A DNA stretch of 64,000 bases from Leptolyngbyaceae cyanobacterium (GCA_050331235.1 JBHJHA010000039.1:19651-83650); one strand, 5' to 3'. Shown: positions 10,952 through 21,856, counted from the stretch's first letter. Notes: generated from the sequence alone by a model not told the origin. Program-made: numbers and translations.

Positions 10952-11428
10952 AGACTTAGCTCCATGTCTTCAGCGATGTTTACAACTTAAAGAAAAACGC
11001 TTAGGACGACTTGATAAGCATAATTTAGTGCGCATCCATAGCGGCCGGCAGGAGAAACAAACCGGACAGCTCAACCACCTTACGACTGTGCAGTTTGTCG
11101 ATATTGAGTAGGTTGCCGACACTACACTCGAGATCCCAGCTAGATACTTTTTGCAATCACGCCCATCGCTCAACAACCATGCTTCCAAGCGCCTCTAAAT
11201 TTAGCCTAGACGTTACGGAGGACCCTGTCAGCATTAATTTGGGGGTTGGATGGCTGCTCCAAACGGTTTGGTTGGAGCATAACACGCTCTCGTACGACTG
11301 GAATTCTGATCTACTCAATAACGCTCTGCCCCATCGCCAAACGCTTATTACCGGGTTAAGTTTTAGAGCGCCCATCGGGCAAAGATGGTGTACTAAGCTT
11401 CAAAGTGCTCCCTGGCTGGTCCCTTGGC

Positions 11429-13633
11429 CTATCGTTTGTGAGTAAAAGTCCAAGCGCCATCCCAATCGTCAGGAATACCTTCTTCCATCATTTGATGAAT
11501 TCGCTGTTCATAGAGCTGGGCAGTCTTATCGTTGGGGTGCTGGGTGAGCACAGCGGTAAAGTGCTTTTGAGCGGTGTCTAAGTCAAGATTGCTGTAGGCT
11601 TTGATGCCCAACTGAAACGCGGATAAGGTCTGCAATTTTTTACGCTGTTGAGACTCAGCTTCAGCATCTAAGACTTCATAAATGGCCACGGATTGAGAAC
11701 TACCTTTGACGATCGCGCGGTCCAAAAACCGCAATTGATAGCGATCAGGGTCTTGAATTTGCTTCTCAACCGTTTCAGAAATAATGAGGGAAGCGCCATA
11801 AACCTTTGACAACCCTTCGAGGCGAGCCGCCAGGTTGACTGTGTCTGAAATCGCGTCAGGTTGAATGCGGTCAGGTTCACCAATCATGCCCGCCATCACA
11901 TTGCCGGTATGGAGGCCGATCCCAATTTCAATTTCAAAATGATGCCGTGAATTGGGCTTGATCTGCTGGTTATGCTCACGCACCTCTTTAAACTGAGCGA
12001 TCGCTGAATCGATGGCATTTTCAACAGAGAATGGAAAGACCGCCATCATGCCGTCGCCCTTATTTTTGACGACAAATCCCTCGTGGGTTCTCACCAGGGG
12101 AGAAATCCGCTGTAGGTAGGCATTGATAAATTTAAACGTTCGGCGCGTGCTCAGTTTTTCAGCCATGTTGGTAAAGCCGCGAATATCGGAAAACATGACT
12201 GTCATTTCAGCGGTGAGGTGATCGCCAAGCCGGACATCTTGCACGCTCTGTTTGTTGAGAAAGCGTAGATACTCCGGTGGAAAGAACCGAGCAAAGGACT
12301 GGCTTTGTTTTTCCAGCTGTACAAACGATTGCTGAATTTGTGCAGTCATGGAGTTGATAGAGTTGGCCAGCTCTCCTAACTCGTCAGTGCGGTGGATAGA
12401 AACACGCTGATCCCAATCGCCAGCGGCAATATCTTTGACTGCAGCGTTGAGCTGCAAGATGGGACTGGTCAACCGTCGAGATAGCAGCGTGCCCACGAAT
12501 AAAGCAATGGCTAAGGCAGCTCCACACAGAGCGATCGTGATGCGCGTGTTGAGGCGGATTTGCCTCATATAGTCTGACTCTGGGACTACGACAACAATCA
12601 ACCAGTCCAGCCCAAAGCCGTCACTAAACGGCAGGACCTCTAAAAATTGCCGTTCGCCATCGAGTAAGAATGTTAGCTGTCGATTTTGCTGAATTCGAGC
12701 AAAACTGCCGTACCGATCCTTGAGATAGTTGGCCGTCTCTTGGACATAGGCATTGTTGCTCTGAGTCGCCGTCACAAACTGGGGATTTTGCCCGAGTACT
12801 TTCATGAGTGGCTCGTCGGTCGAGCTGGAAATCAGATTGCCCTGTCGATCGACTACAAAGGCCTGACCGGACTGGCCAATTTCCAAATTTTTAAGAAATG
12901 AGCGAAACTCCTCTGGCAGCACCACATCGGCACCACAAACACCGAGCAATCGTCGATCGCGGCGGTCATACACGGGCAGGCTGGCGGTAACGTTTGGCAA
13001 CTGAGTGGTAAACGCCATGTAGACGTCTGTCCAGTTCGGCCCTTCGGCATCGAGCGCTGCTTTGAACCAGGGTCGCAAGCGCGCATCATAGGTAGGCCCT
13101 TTTTCATAAAGTTGATGCTGGCGGTAGCCCCGCGCGTCTAAACTGTAGTGCCTTCGGTTGTAGTTTGTCTCAGAATTGCTATAGGACAGTTCTAGCTGGC
13201 CAGTGTCGGGCGATCGCAGCACGCCAAAAAACTCCCCCGACTGCACGCTGCCGCAATAGACAAAAGCAATCTCAGGATATATTTTCATCTGCTGAAACAG
13301 CAGGTGCTCGCCTCTCAAAGCTTGTTCTACGGTGATATCACCGTGGGAAAAAGCCGTAGCATTGAGGCGATTGATCGCATGGGGATTGCCAAAATAGCTA
13401 TCCAATTCCCCCTCAATACGTGCCGAAACTTCGCTTCGTAGCTGAGAGGCGAGCACTTGCACCGCTTGCTGTCCGTTGCGAAAGGATAAATACCCTACCA
13501 GCCCCACCGCCGCAAAAATCTGAACCAGGACTGGCAGGGTAAAGGCTTGGTGCAGCGAGGAATGATGCAGTGCCTGATAAGTACGACGCCTTATCGACCG
13601 AAGGTGAGGAGTCAATCTATTCACAGATGGCAA
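11429..13633 (-). CDS. Membrane sensor adenylate/guanylate cyclase (TM-dCache-TM-HAMP-cyclase)
   Basis: YDARLRPWF Cache motif; HAMP DELGELANSINSM; catalytic SDIRGFT, KNKGDG and DAISDTVNLAARLE. Confidence 0.92.
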   Translation of the reverse strand: MPSVNRLTPHLRSIRRRTYQALHHSSLHQAFTLPVLVQIFAAVGLVGYLSFRNGQQAVQVLASQLRSEVSARIEGELDSYFGNPHAINRLNATAFSHGDITVEQALRGEHLLFQQMKIYPEIAFVYCGSVQSGEFFGVLRSPDTGQLELSYSNSETNYNRRHYSLDARGYRQHQLYEKGPTYDARLRPWFKAALDAEGPNWTDVYMAFTTQLPNVTASLPVYDRRDRRLLGVCGADVVLPEEFRSFLKNLEIGQSGQAFVVDRQGNLISSSTDEPLMKVLGQNPQFVTATQSNNAYVQETANYLKDRYGSFARIQQNRQLTFLLDGERQFLEVLPFSDGFGLDWLIVVVVPESDYMRQIRLNTRITIALCGAALAIALFVGTLLSRRLTSPILQLNAAVKDIAAGDWDQRVSIHRTDELGELANSINSMTAQIQQSFVQLEKQSQSFARFFPPEYLRFLNKQSVQDVRLGDHLTAEMTVMFSDIRGFTNMAEKLSTRRTFKFINAYLQRISPLVRTHEGFVVKNKGDGMMAVFPFSVENAIDSAIAQFKEVREHNQQIKPNSRHHFEIEIGIGLHTGNVMAGMIGEPDRIQPDAISDTVNLAARLEGLSKVYGASLIISETVEKQIQDPDRYQLRFLDRAIVKGSSQSVAIYEVLDAEAESQQRKKLQTLSAFQLGIKAYSNLDLDTAQKHFTAVLTQHPNDKTAQLYEQRIHQMMEEGIPDDWDGAWTFTHKR

Positions 13634-13798
13634 TCGCTCTTGAGCTTTAGAGAGCAGTGTAATCGTCTACATCAACGGGCCGATCAAGCAATTTTAGACT
13701 GCCCATCTCAAGCCCGACAATCTGCGATGGATAAAGCAAAAGTCGTGGGCAAGGGACGCCACTAGCTGATATCGATCGCTACAGAACCTCTGAGAGAC

Positions 13799-13966
13799 TC
13801 AACCAAACTCTTTTTTAGCCTCTTCATAAACTGCTTCAGTGATCTCGTTGATGCCCTGGTCTCGGGCAAATTTCTCAATCTTCTTGCGAGCGGCGGGCCT
13901 GACAAAAAAAGGAATTTCTTTGAGTCGGCTTTCGGCAGCGGTGGTCCAGATAGGAGAGTTAGGCAT
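13799..13966 (-). CDS. Small PCP_red-domain protein (ChlB C-terminus-like), 55 aa
   Basis: WTTAAESRLKEIPFFVRPAARKKIEKFA signature; ATG 13966. Confidence 0.85.
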   Translation of the reverse strand: MPNSPIWTTAAESRLKEIPFFVRPAARKKIEKFARDQGINEITEAVYEEAKKEFG

Positions 13967-14128
13967 CGTGTTCGGGAAACCGGTTGGAACGAGAAAGGTC
14001 TGAATTATTTTAGTTTTTTGGCAAGCGGAGCACCAAAGCAATCGCGCATGACTCTGCGGCAGATCTGGAAATCTTAGCTATCCTTAGGAGCATGTATCGT
14101 CGCAAACCGGCTCTGGGAGGGCGTCACC

Positions 14129-14716
14129 ATGCTGTATGACTGGAAGCAAACGATTGGCAACCCGATCACACTAATGGCGTTGACACTATGGGGGTTAGCG
14201 AGTTGGGGCAGTGCAGTCGCGATCGCCGACGGCATTCCTGGCGTTACCTTTGGCACTGAGACGGGAGCCCCGCCCGCGGCCGAAGCTCCCAGTGCCCCAC
14301 CCACTCCAGCGGCAGACAGTGCGCCGGATCTCTACACCCAGGCGATGCTGGTTGGCTACGCCGCCGAAGAACAAGCTGACTATCAAACCGCGCTCATCAA
14401 CTTTCGCCGCGCTTTAGCTGAGCGCCCTGGTGATCCCTACGCTCTGAGAGCGATCGCCAATGTCGAGGCTTACCTTGCGCAACAGCGCCGTGAGCAAGCT
14501 CGCCTGCAACAATTAGCGGCGTTGCGCGCCCGCGTGGATGAATCTGTCTCCGCGAGGGACTGGGCCTGTGCTACTGCGACCGTTGATGAAATGATTAGTC
14601 TCGTTCCTCCCAACTCCCTCGAGAGAAGCCGTTTGGTTACTTATCGGGGAGAGCTGACATCCCTGATGGATGCGCGATCGGATATTGAGCAATGGTCCAC
14701 GGTCTGTCCCGGCTGA
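14129..14716 (+). CDS. Exported TPR-like protein
   Basis: Signal peptide, Pro/Ala linker, TPR-like DYQTALINFRRALAERPGDPYA. Confidence 0.7.
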   Translation: MLYDWKQTIGNPITLMALTLWGLASWGSAVAIADGIPGVTFGTETGAPPAAEAPSAPPTPAADSAPDLYTQAMLVGYAAEEQADYQTALINFRRALAERPGDPYALRAIANVEAYLAQQRREQARLQQLAALRARVDESVSARDWACATATVDEMISLVPPNSLERSRLVTYRGELTSLMDARSDIEQWSTVCPG

Positions 14717-14850
14717 CGGCAACGCCCGGTTTTTGCAGTTTGATTATTAGCGATGTTAAATGATCTGCTGTTTTGGCAGCGAAGGCCGGATGGATCGCTA
14801 TGATTCGATTGTTTGGTGGATATCGCATAGGTTATCAAGGGTGATTTGCG

Positions 14851-15084
14851 ATGACAACTCACGTTTCTGATTCTCAATCGCCTGCCCCTGATGATTCACA
14901 ACATTTGGCTGATCTGCGATCGCTCGTCGAGCGAGTCATGGCCGACGGCAAAATTTCCTCAGATGAATCTGCTGAGCTACGAGCCGCGCTCATGGCCGAC
15001 GGCCAAATTACCCCCGATGAGATCGCACTGATTCGCGCTGTGATGAAGGCGCAATTAGGCAATCAGCATTTGGAATTAGAATAG
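14851..15084 (+). CDS. Small acidic protein with two ADGxI(S/T)xDE repeats (EF-hand/TerB-like)
   Basis: VMADGKISSDE and LMADGQITPDE; ends 9 nt before the glgX start. Confidence 0.7.
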   Translation: MTTHVSDSQSPAPDDSQHLADLRSLVERVMADGKISSDESAELRAALMADGQITPDEIALIRAVMKAQLGNQHLELE

Positions 15085-15093
15085 GAAGCATTC

Positions 15094-17157
15094 ATGGCTT
15101 TAAGAATCACCCCTGGAAAAAGCTTTCCGCTCGGGGCGACAGTAGATTCCACTGGTGTAAACTTTTGCGTCTATTCGCAACATGCCACTGGTATTGATTT
15201 GCTACTCTACTCATCGCCAGAGGCACCTTACCCAGAGTGTACAATCCATCTCGACCCGCTTTACCACCGCTCATTCAATTATTGGCACGTCCACATCAAA
15301 GGACTGAGCGCTGGTCAGGTTTACGCCTATCGCGCCACGGGTCCCTATCTACCGGATGCTGGACACCGCTTTGATCCAGCCAAAGTTTTATTAGATCCCT
15401 ATGGCCGCGCAGTGGTAGGTCAGGCCAACTACGATCGCCAGATGGCCTCTTATCCCGGTGAAAACTCTCCCCATGCGTTGAGAAACGTGGTAGTTGATCT
15501 CAGCGCTTACGACTGGGAGGGCGATGCTCCCTTGGGAATTCCTTACTCACGGACGGTGATTTACGAAATGCACGTGGGCGGCTTTACCAAAAATCCTAAC
15601 TCGGGCATCACTCCTGAAAAACGCGGGACGTTTGCCGGCGTGATCGAAAAAATTCCGTATTTGAAGTCCTTAGGCATTACCGCAGTGGAGCTCTTGCCTG
15701 TCCACGAGTTTGACGAAAGAGATGCCCCGTTGGGTCTCAGTAATTATTGGGGATACAGCACAATCGGCTTTTTTGCGCCCCATCGACAATACAGCGCTTG
15801 CCCTGATCCCATAGGGCCTGTCGATGAATTTCGCGATATGGTCAAAGCCCTACATAAGGCCAATATCGAAGTTATTTTAGACGTGGTGTTCAATCACACC
15901 GCCGAGGGCGACCATCGAGGCCCCACTCTGTCCTTTCGAGGATTGGATAATCAGACCTATTACATTTTGGAAGAAGCCGATGCAGCTCACTATGCTAACT
16001 ACAGCGGCTGCGGCAATACCGTCAAGTCAGATCATACGGTTGTGAGTCGCTTGATCCTCGATAGCTTACGCTACTGGGTTTCAGAGATGCATGTTGATGG
16101 CTTTCGGTTTGATTTGGCTTCTGTCATGGCGCGCGACAAGATGGGGCAGCCTCAGGATGATCCCCCAATTTTGTGGGCGATTGAATCAGACCCAGTCCTA
16201 GCTAGTACCAAACTGATTGCCGAAGCCTGGGATGCTGCGGGCCTATATCAGGTAGGGTCGTTTATTGGCGATCGCTTTGCGGAGTGGAATGGTCCCTTTC
16301 GCGATGACGTGCGGCGATTTGTCAAAGGCGATAAAAATACAGTCAGTACCCTAGCGTCTCGAATTTTAGGCAGTCCAGATTTGTTTGTTGATGATCCCCA
16401 GCGGGAGACCAACCGCAGTATCAATTTCATTACCTGTCACGACGGCTTTACCATGCACGATGTGGTGGCTTACAACAGCAAACATAACGAAGCCAACAGT
16501 GAAAAGAATCGCGATGGCACTGACGCCAATTTCAGTTGGAACTGTGGGGTAGAAGGTCCCACCATAAAACCGGCGATTCAGCAGTTGAGAATCCAGCAAA
16601 TGAAGAATTTGATTACGATTCTCCTTATTGCTCAGGGGACGCCAATGGTATTGATGGGAGATGAGAGTTGCCGCACCCAAAAAGGCAACAACAATGCCTA
16701 TTGTCAAAACAATGCTTTGAGCTGGCTAGATTGGGAGCGACTGGAATCGCACAAAGAGATTTTTCGATTTACCCAGCGGATGATTGACCTGGTACAAAAC
16801 CTCAGACTATTTCAGCAAACGCGATGGTTACAGGTCACCGAAGAGCCCGTTAAAGCACCGCACATCACCTGGCATGGAGTCGAGTTGTATGAGCCTGATT
16901 GGGCAGATCACTCCCACAGCCTAGCGTTTACGTTACACGACCCCTTGGTCGAAGAAGAAATGCACGTCATGCTTAATGCCTATTGGGAGCCCCTATCTTT
17001 TAGGCTGCCTCAGCCCCATGCTCACAGCCATTGGTATCGGATTATCAATACTGCCAAGCTTGGGTCCCATGACATTGTTGACGGCACCACCGACGCCGTC
17101 GAAGGCTATCGATATCAGGTTGATGCTCGCTCCTGTGTAGTTTTAATGGCCCTATAA
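15094..17157 (+). CDS. glgX: Glycogen debranching enzyme (isoamylase, GH13)
   Basis: FPLGAT, NYWGYST, LDVVFNHT, DGFRFDLAS, AEAWD, HDGFT. Confidence 0.96.
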   Translation: MALRITPGKSFPLGATVDSTGVNFCVYSQHATGIDLLLYSSPEAPYPECTIHLDPLYHRSFNYWHVHIKGLSAGQVYAYRATGPYLPDAGHRFDPAKVLLDPYGRAVVGQANYDRQMASYPGENSPHALRNVVVDLSAYDWEGDAPLGIPYSRTVIYEMHVGGFTKNPNSGITPEKRGTFAGVIEKIPYLKSLGITAVELLPVHEFDERDAPLGLSNYWGYSTIGFFAPHRQYSACPDPIGPVDEFRDMVKALHKANIEVILDVVFNHTAEGDHRGPTLSFRGLDNQTYYILEEADAAHYANYSGCGNTVKSDHTVVSRLILDSLRYWVSEMHVDGFRFDLASVMARDKMGQPQDDPPILWAIESDPVLASTKLIAEAWDAAGLYQVGSFIGDRFAEWNGPFRDDVRRFVKGDKNTVSTLASRILGSPDLFVDDPQRETNRSINFITCHDGFTMHDVVAYNSKHNEANSEKNRDGTDANFSWNCGVEGPTIKPAIQQLRIQQMKNLITILLIAQGTPMVLMGDESCRTQKGNNNAYCQNNALSWLDWERLESHKEIFRFTQRMIDLVQNLRLFQQTRWLQVTEEPVKAPHITWHGVELYEPDWADHSHSLAFTLHDPLVEEEMHVMLNAYWEPLSFRLPQPHAHSHWYRIINTAKLGSHDIVDGTTDAVEGYRYQVDARSCVVLMAL

Positions 17158-17245
17158 CCATCAGAATTTTCTTGAGTAAACCACCTACAAACCTTCGACT
17201 GGCAATTGGTGAACAGCTTCTTAATGAAGCCAGCCGGGTAGTGGT

Positions 17246-18556
17246 TTAGCGGCGCGGCCGGGGGGGGAGAGCAGTATCGGCCGAAGCCATTTGGGGAGCC
17301 ATCGCATTATAGGGCGATCTCGCGTCTTTCCCTTCTACAAGCTGCTTAAACAGAGTTTCATACCGATTGAGCGCCTGCTCAAAAGAATATTCATTCATGG
17401 CATGATGTCGACCCTGTCGACCCAGATTTTCCGCGAGGTCTTGGTTTTCGTAAAGGTGTTGAACGGCCTCTGCTAATGCTTGAGCATCTTCAGGTTCTAC
17501 CACCAAACCCCCACCGCTAGCCCGTATCGCTTGGGCCGCTGTTCCATGAGCTGGTACCGCCGCTAAAATGGGACGGCCACTGGCCAAGAGCACCTGAGTC
17601 TTAGATGGCATATTGAAGCCAACCACATTACGCTTTTGCATGATTAGTCCGACATCTGCCGCCGCTAGCATCTCAGGCAGTTCAGCGCGAGGGGCAAATG
17701 GTCTGAGGAGAACGTTGTGGACGCCTAGTTCCTGTCTCAGTTCGTCAAGATCAGACAGTTGGCTTTCTTCTCCGACGAGCACAAACGCTAAATCTTGAAT
17801 GTGTTGTAACTTAGCTGCGGCTCGAATAACCGTTTGAATACCCTGGGTACGAGCAATGTTGCCGGAATAGAGAACGACAAACTTGTCGCCTAGCCCATTA
17901 GCCCGTCGAAACGCATTTTCGTATTTTGGCAACGGCCGAATAAAATTGACATCCACCCAGTTGGAAATGATTTTCATTTTGCTGTCAGGTACTCCCTTAC
18001 CCAACAGATTCGTTCGAAAGCCTTCTGCAATGACGCTGATGCGTGTAGCTGAGCGGTAGGCAAAATTTTCGAGGATTTCGAACGCCCGAATTGCTTTGGG
18101 GTTGCTAATCAGCCCAGTTTGGACCGCCGCCTCCGGCAAGATGTCCTGTAGATTCATCACTGTGGGGCAGCGATAGATCAGTTTGAGTAGAGCTACCGGT
18201 ACAGCCACCGGTAGCGAAGGACTCGTGTTCAAAATGACGTCTGGCCGCCATCCCTGCAGCGCTTTAATGAAGCTGAGACCGACAAAACTGCCCTCCAAAA
18301 GTACCCGCGTTAACAACCCCGGATTTGGTCGAATCCATACGTAGCAGCGTTGGATAGTGACGCCATTTTTTTCTTCTGTGACGTACCACTTATTGCGATA
18401 GGCGGGATAAATTTTGCGCTCTGGATAGTTCGGCATAGCCGTCACCACCCTTACCTCATGCCCTCGTTTGACTAACCCTTCTGCCAGTTCGGTCATTAGC
18501 GGTGCTATACCGATAGGCTCAGGATGATAGTTATAAGAGTAGATAAGGATGCGCAT
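17246..18556 (-). CDS. Glycosyltransferase family 4 (WcaI-like)
   Basis: MRILIYSYNYHPEPIGIAP start, PNYP, YSGNI, PSK motif. Confidence 0.9.
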   Translation of the reverse strand: MRILIYSYNYHPEPIGIAPLMTELAEGLVKRGHEVRVVTAMPNYPERKIYPAYRNKWYVTEEKNGVTIQRCYVWIRPNPGLLTRVLLEGSFVGLSFIKALQGWRPDVILNTSPSLPVAVPVALLKLIYRCPTVMNLQDILPEAAVQTGLISNPKAIRAFEILENFAYRSATRISVIAEGFRTNLLGKGVPDSKMKIISNWVDVNFIRPLPKYENAFRRANGLGDKFVVLYSGNIARTQGIQTVIRAAAKLQHIQDLAFVLVGEESQLSDLDELRQELGVHNVLLRPFAPRAELPEMLAAADVGLIMQKRNVVGFNMPSKTQVLLASGRPILAAVPAHGTAAQAIRASGGGLVVEPEDAQALAEAVQHLYENQDLAENLGRQGRHHAMNEYSFEQALNRYETLFKQLVEGKDARSPYNAMAPQMASADTALPPRPRR

Positions 18557-19108
18557 CGCTGGGGAATGTCCTTTTCGTGTTGACGTTAGTGATTTGAAGA
18601 GCAGGGGACACTGAATGACCGGTGAGGGTCTGAGATTCATCGGCGCCCAACGATTGATTTGTTGGTGCTCTGAACCAGACAATTCACCCGCACTTATATA
18701 GGTATGCCTCGTATCAGTGCCTATCTCCGGATTCGACGGTTAACTTTATGGGAAATAGAACTTCTAATTAAGCTTTCATCAATTTGATGAGAAATGAACA
18801 ACGTTCTTAATGAGTATTTTGCCCAGTTTGCTAGTGTTCGCATCAGCATATGTGCCAATAAATAAGCTGTTCTGAAAGGGGCGAGAACGGTTTGAAAGAC
18901 TTCGGTATTTTTGCTGAAAATGAGCAGTAAGTAGTATCAATGTGCAAAACCCGCAATGATTCAATGTAAATATTTGATGTATTAATCTTCAAGAAGCCTG
19001 GAATCTTCTGCTCTAGCTGAGAGATTGAAGCCTTTTTCAAAGCAGCACTTTTGTGCTCTTCAAAAGAGTGAGTGGGCAGTAAAGAATCCGTAAAGTTACT
19101 GAGCTGAT

Positions 19109-20497
19109 CTACTCATTCATATTTTTATAAGTGGCTACAGCTGAGGGAGAAATCCGGTTCAGATAGCGGAAAATCCAATATTTGAAAACGGTATCAAGGA
19201 TGACAGGGAAGGTGGCAATGAACAGGAAGATGAACTCGCGGTTGGCGGCAAATCCTAAATGTCGAGAGAGCCCCTCCATCAAGACCTCCCAGCCATGGGG
19301 AGAGTGGAACCCCACGAACATGTCAGTAAACAGAATAATGATGAAAGCCTTAGCACTATCACTGAGGCCGTAGACGATTTCGTCTAAAAAGCCTTTGAGG
19401 GTCAAGATGCCGCGCTTTTGATTGACTAATAGCAATACGAAGGCTGCGATCGCCAGCATGTCAGAGAAAACGTTTTTCACAGAGTCAGCGCTGCGCTGGC
19501 GGTAAGCCTCTTCAATTTCGGTCGCTTTTTCAACGACCTGTTCTTCAATTTCGGCTTCACGGATGGGAGCCACTTTACCGATGAGGACTTCAAACCGCAG
19601 CCGCTCCTCATATCGCTGCAGTTCATGGAGGGCTTCTTCTTCCATCTCTAGATTGAGAAAAACGTCGGCCTCTTGGTTCTCTCGAACATAGTCGACCACG
19701 GGCCCTACGACATAGTTTTTGGCAAATTGCTGAGTCAGCAGCGGGACGATGATGAGCAGCAGCAAAAATTTGATGGCCGTGGTGGTGCGTCCACGAGAGG
19801 ACCGGAAACTTTTGACGACTTGTTCTTCGGCATTGGGGTCGAGGTCCCGCCGAATCCGATCTACTGTGCGGAGAATCGAGCGGGGCAAAACGCTGGCGCG
19901 GTCAGAGAGGCCAGCGGAGCGTTGTCCGTTCTGGTCTTCGCTTCGGGCGGGTGTGGCTGACGCGGGGGGGACTGGGGTAATGGCCCTGGTAGTCTCACCG
20001 TTGCTTGACTGCTGGGCTAGCCGCGACACAGAACTGTTTCTTTGTTTGGCCGTTTGAGATTCTTTGACCATGACTACGGTGGCCTGGGTCTCGGGCTCAG
20101 GGGAGCTATAGCGAGAGCGCACCTCGTCAACGTATTGCAGCTTACGAAAGAAAATGGCGGGTTTGTCGATGACGTTGACGGTAAGGGTTTGCTCGGCGCG
20201 ATCGTCGACCTTGATTTCCATGATTTTGGGATCAGAGACGCGCACGACGGCACTGCTGGTGCGAAACTCCATCATTCTCAGGTTGATCAGGTTGAGATAT
20301 TTACGCAATTCTCCTTCAAAGTAGGCCATGGAACTTTTGCCATAGTTGCCATAAGGAGACGAAATCGGATTGCCGTCGAAATGCTCATTTTCGATCGCTT
20401 CAATCATTTTGGCGGCTTCGTAGGCCTGATCGAGGGCTCGCTCAGGGGTTTTAAAGAACCACCGCTGGGCCTTCTGAAACAGGGAGGGAATGGCCAT
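19109..20497 (-). CDS. pxcA: Proton extrusion protein PxcA (CemA/CotA family)
   Basis: TPERALDQAY N-terminus; GLSDSAKAF, FVGFHSPHGWE and RISPSAVATYKNMNE. Confidence 0.95.
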   Translation of the reverse strand: MAIPSLFQKAQRWFFKTPERALDQAYEAAKMIEAIENEHFDGNPISSPYGNYGKSSMAYFEGELRKYLNLINLRMMEFRTSSAVVRVSDPKIMEIKVDDRAEQTLTVNVIDKPAIFFRKLQYVDEVRSRYSSPEPETQATVVMVKESQTAKQRNSSVSRLAQQSSNGETTRAITPVPPASATPARSEDQNGQRSAGLSDRASVLPRSILRTVDRIRRDLDPNAEEQVVKSFRSSRGRTTTAIKFLLLLIIVPLLTQQFAKNYVVGPVVDYVRENQEADVFLNLEMEEEALHELQRYEERLRFEVLIGKVAPIREAEIEEQVVEKATEIEEAYRQRSADSVKNVFSDMLAIAAFVLLLVNQKRGILTLKGFLDEIVYGLSDSAKAFIIILFTDMFVGFHSPHGWEVLMEGLSRHLGFAANREFIFLFIATFPVILDTVFKYWIFRYLNRISPSAVATYKNMNE

Positions 20498-21010
20498 CAG
20501 GAGTCACCTGTGATGCTAAGGATGAAGGGCTATTACTTTGGAGCGGTGCCGGCTGCTATTGGCATCACCTAGCCTCGAAAGCAGCGCCCCGTAGGAACGA
20601 CAAGAGGCAGCGCCGCTCAGGCTCAAATAAGCTTCAGGGCTATTGTATGACATCGCGATTGGGCCTAGGGGTGACGATTATTGCAGTTAAATGCCAAGAA
20701 GTTGGAAAAGATCGGCAAGTCCTTGATGCCGAATGGCAATATTCTGTGACCTCGAGGTCAGCCTGCGCCAGCGGCCGGATGGGTTCGCTGCGATGACCGA
20801 ATGGGCAGCCCCATAATGCGAGGGGGCGGAACCGGTGATGGGATGCCAACCAGGACGGGTCCTAATTATTGAAAGGTGGAGTGTTTAAACATCAAGGATG
20901 CCGAGTTTTCGTAAAGGGATGGATTTCCTATGCTAAAAACAGGTTAAACCGATGGCTGGTTTCTGGTTGAGCTGGTAAACAGTAGGTCTGTTGTTTATTT
21001 AGGAATCGAT

Positions 21011-21823
21011 ATGGGCGGTCAGATTTTGGGCGATCGCTACGAAGTAGAACGCCAACTGGGGAAAAAATCGGGACGCTGGACATTGCAAGCCCGCGATCTG
21101 CAGACCGATGAGTTGGTGATTTTGAAGGTTTTATTTTTAGACGACAGTTTGACGCCAATCGATTTGCGACTCTTTAAACGAGAGGTGGATGCTCTCAAGC
21201 TGCTCAATCATCAAGCAACCCCACGTTACCTGGGCTACTTTGAGATGGAGATGCCAACCCAAGAGCAGGCGATGGTTTTAGTGCAGTCATACGTTGAGGG
21301 GATCTCGCTACAGAGCTATTTGAGTGAGGCACGTATTTTTAGTGAGTCCGAAGTGGTTAAAATTGCCCGAGCCGTCCTCAGTATTCTGCACCATCTGCAT
21401 ACCTTTGAGCCTCCGATTATTCACCGCGATATTCGACCGAGCAACTTGCTGTTGCAACCTGGCTTGCCGGTGGAAATCGCGCAAATCTGCTTGGTCGATT
21501 TTGGCACTGTGAAAGCGCTCAACGCCAGTAATACCGCCATTACGATGGTGGGCACTGACGGCTATGCGCCACCGGAGCAATCAGCCGGACGGGTTCTGGC
21601 AGTTTCAGACTTGTACAGTTTAGGGGCGACTTTAGCCGAGACCCTCACCGGTAAGCCCCCTTTAGAAATGCGGACAAAAGGCGTGCGCATCCGCTTTGAG
21701 GAATTTGTGGAGGTGACGCCGACGTTTACCCTATGGCTAAAAAAGCTGCTAGCGCCAAGCCTAGATCATCGATGGGACTCAGCTCAAGCGGCGTTAGCAT
21801 CGCTGGATACAGTTAACGAATAA
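21011..21823 (+). CDS. Stand-alone Hanks-type Ser/Thr protein kinase
   Basis: VILK, HRDIRPSN, DFG, GTDGYAPPEQ, SDLYSLG. Confidence 0.9.
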   Translation: MGGQILGDRYEVERQLGKKSGRWTLQARDLQTDELVILKVLFLDDSLTPIDLRLFKREVDALKLLNHQATPRYLGYFEMEMPTQEQAMVLVQSYVEGISLQSYLSEARIFSESEVVKIARAVLSILHHLHTFEPPIIHRDIRPSNLLLQPGLPVEIAQICLVDFGTVKALNASNTAITMVGTDGYAPPEQSAGRVLAVSDLYSLGATLAETLTGKPPLEMRTKGVRIRFEEFVEVTPTFTLWLKKLLAPSLDHRWDSAQAALASLDTVNE

Positions 21824-21856
21824 TATCCGGCCAGCGTTAAACCGACCTAGCAATAT

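Noticed and set aside
10952..11428. Long leader upstream of mgtE as a possible Mg2+ riboswitch or small ORF
   Set aside because: No M-box-like conserved elements or convincing ORF recognised; would need an Rfam scan
18560..19108. AT-rich stretches here and at about 36600-36930 and 39780-40040 as possible foreign DNA
   Set aside because: Short, non-coding and located upstream of genes; consistent with ordinary promoter regions
20498..21010. 500-bp pxcA/kinase intergenic region as a possible ncRNA
   Set aside because: No recognisable RNA family or strong structure
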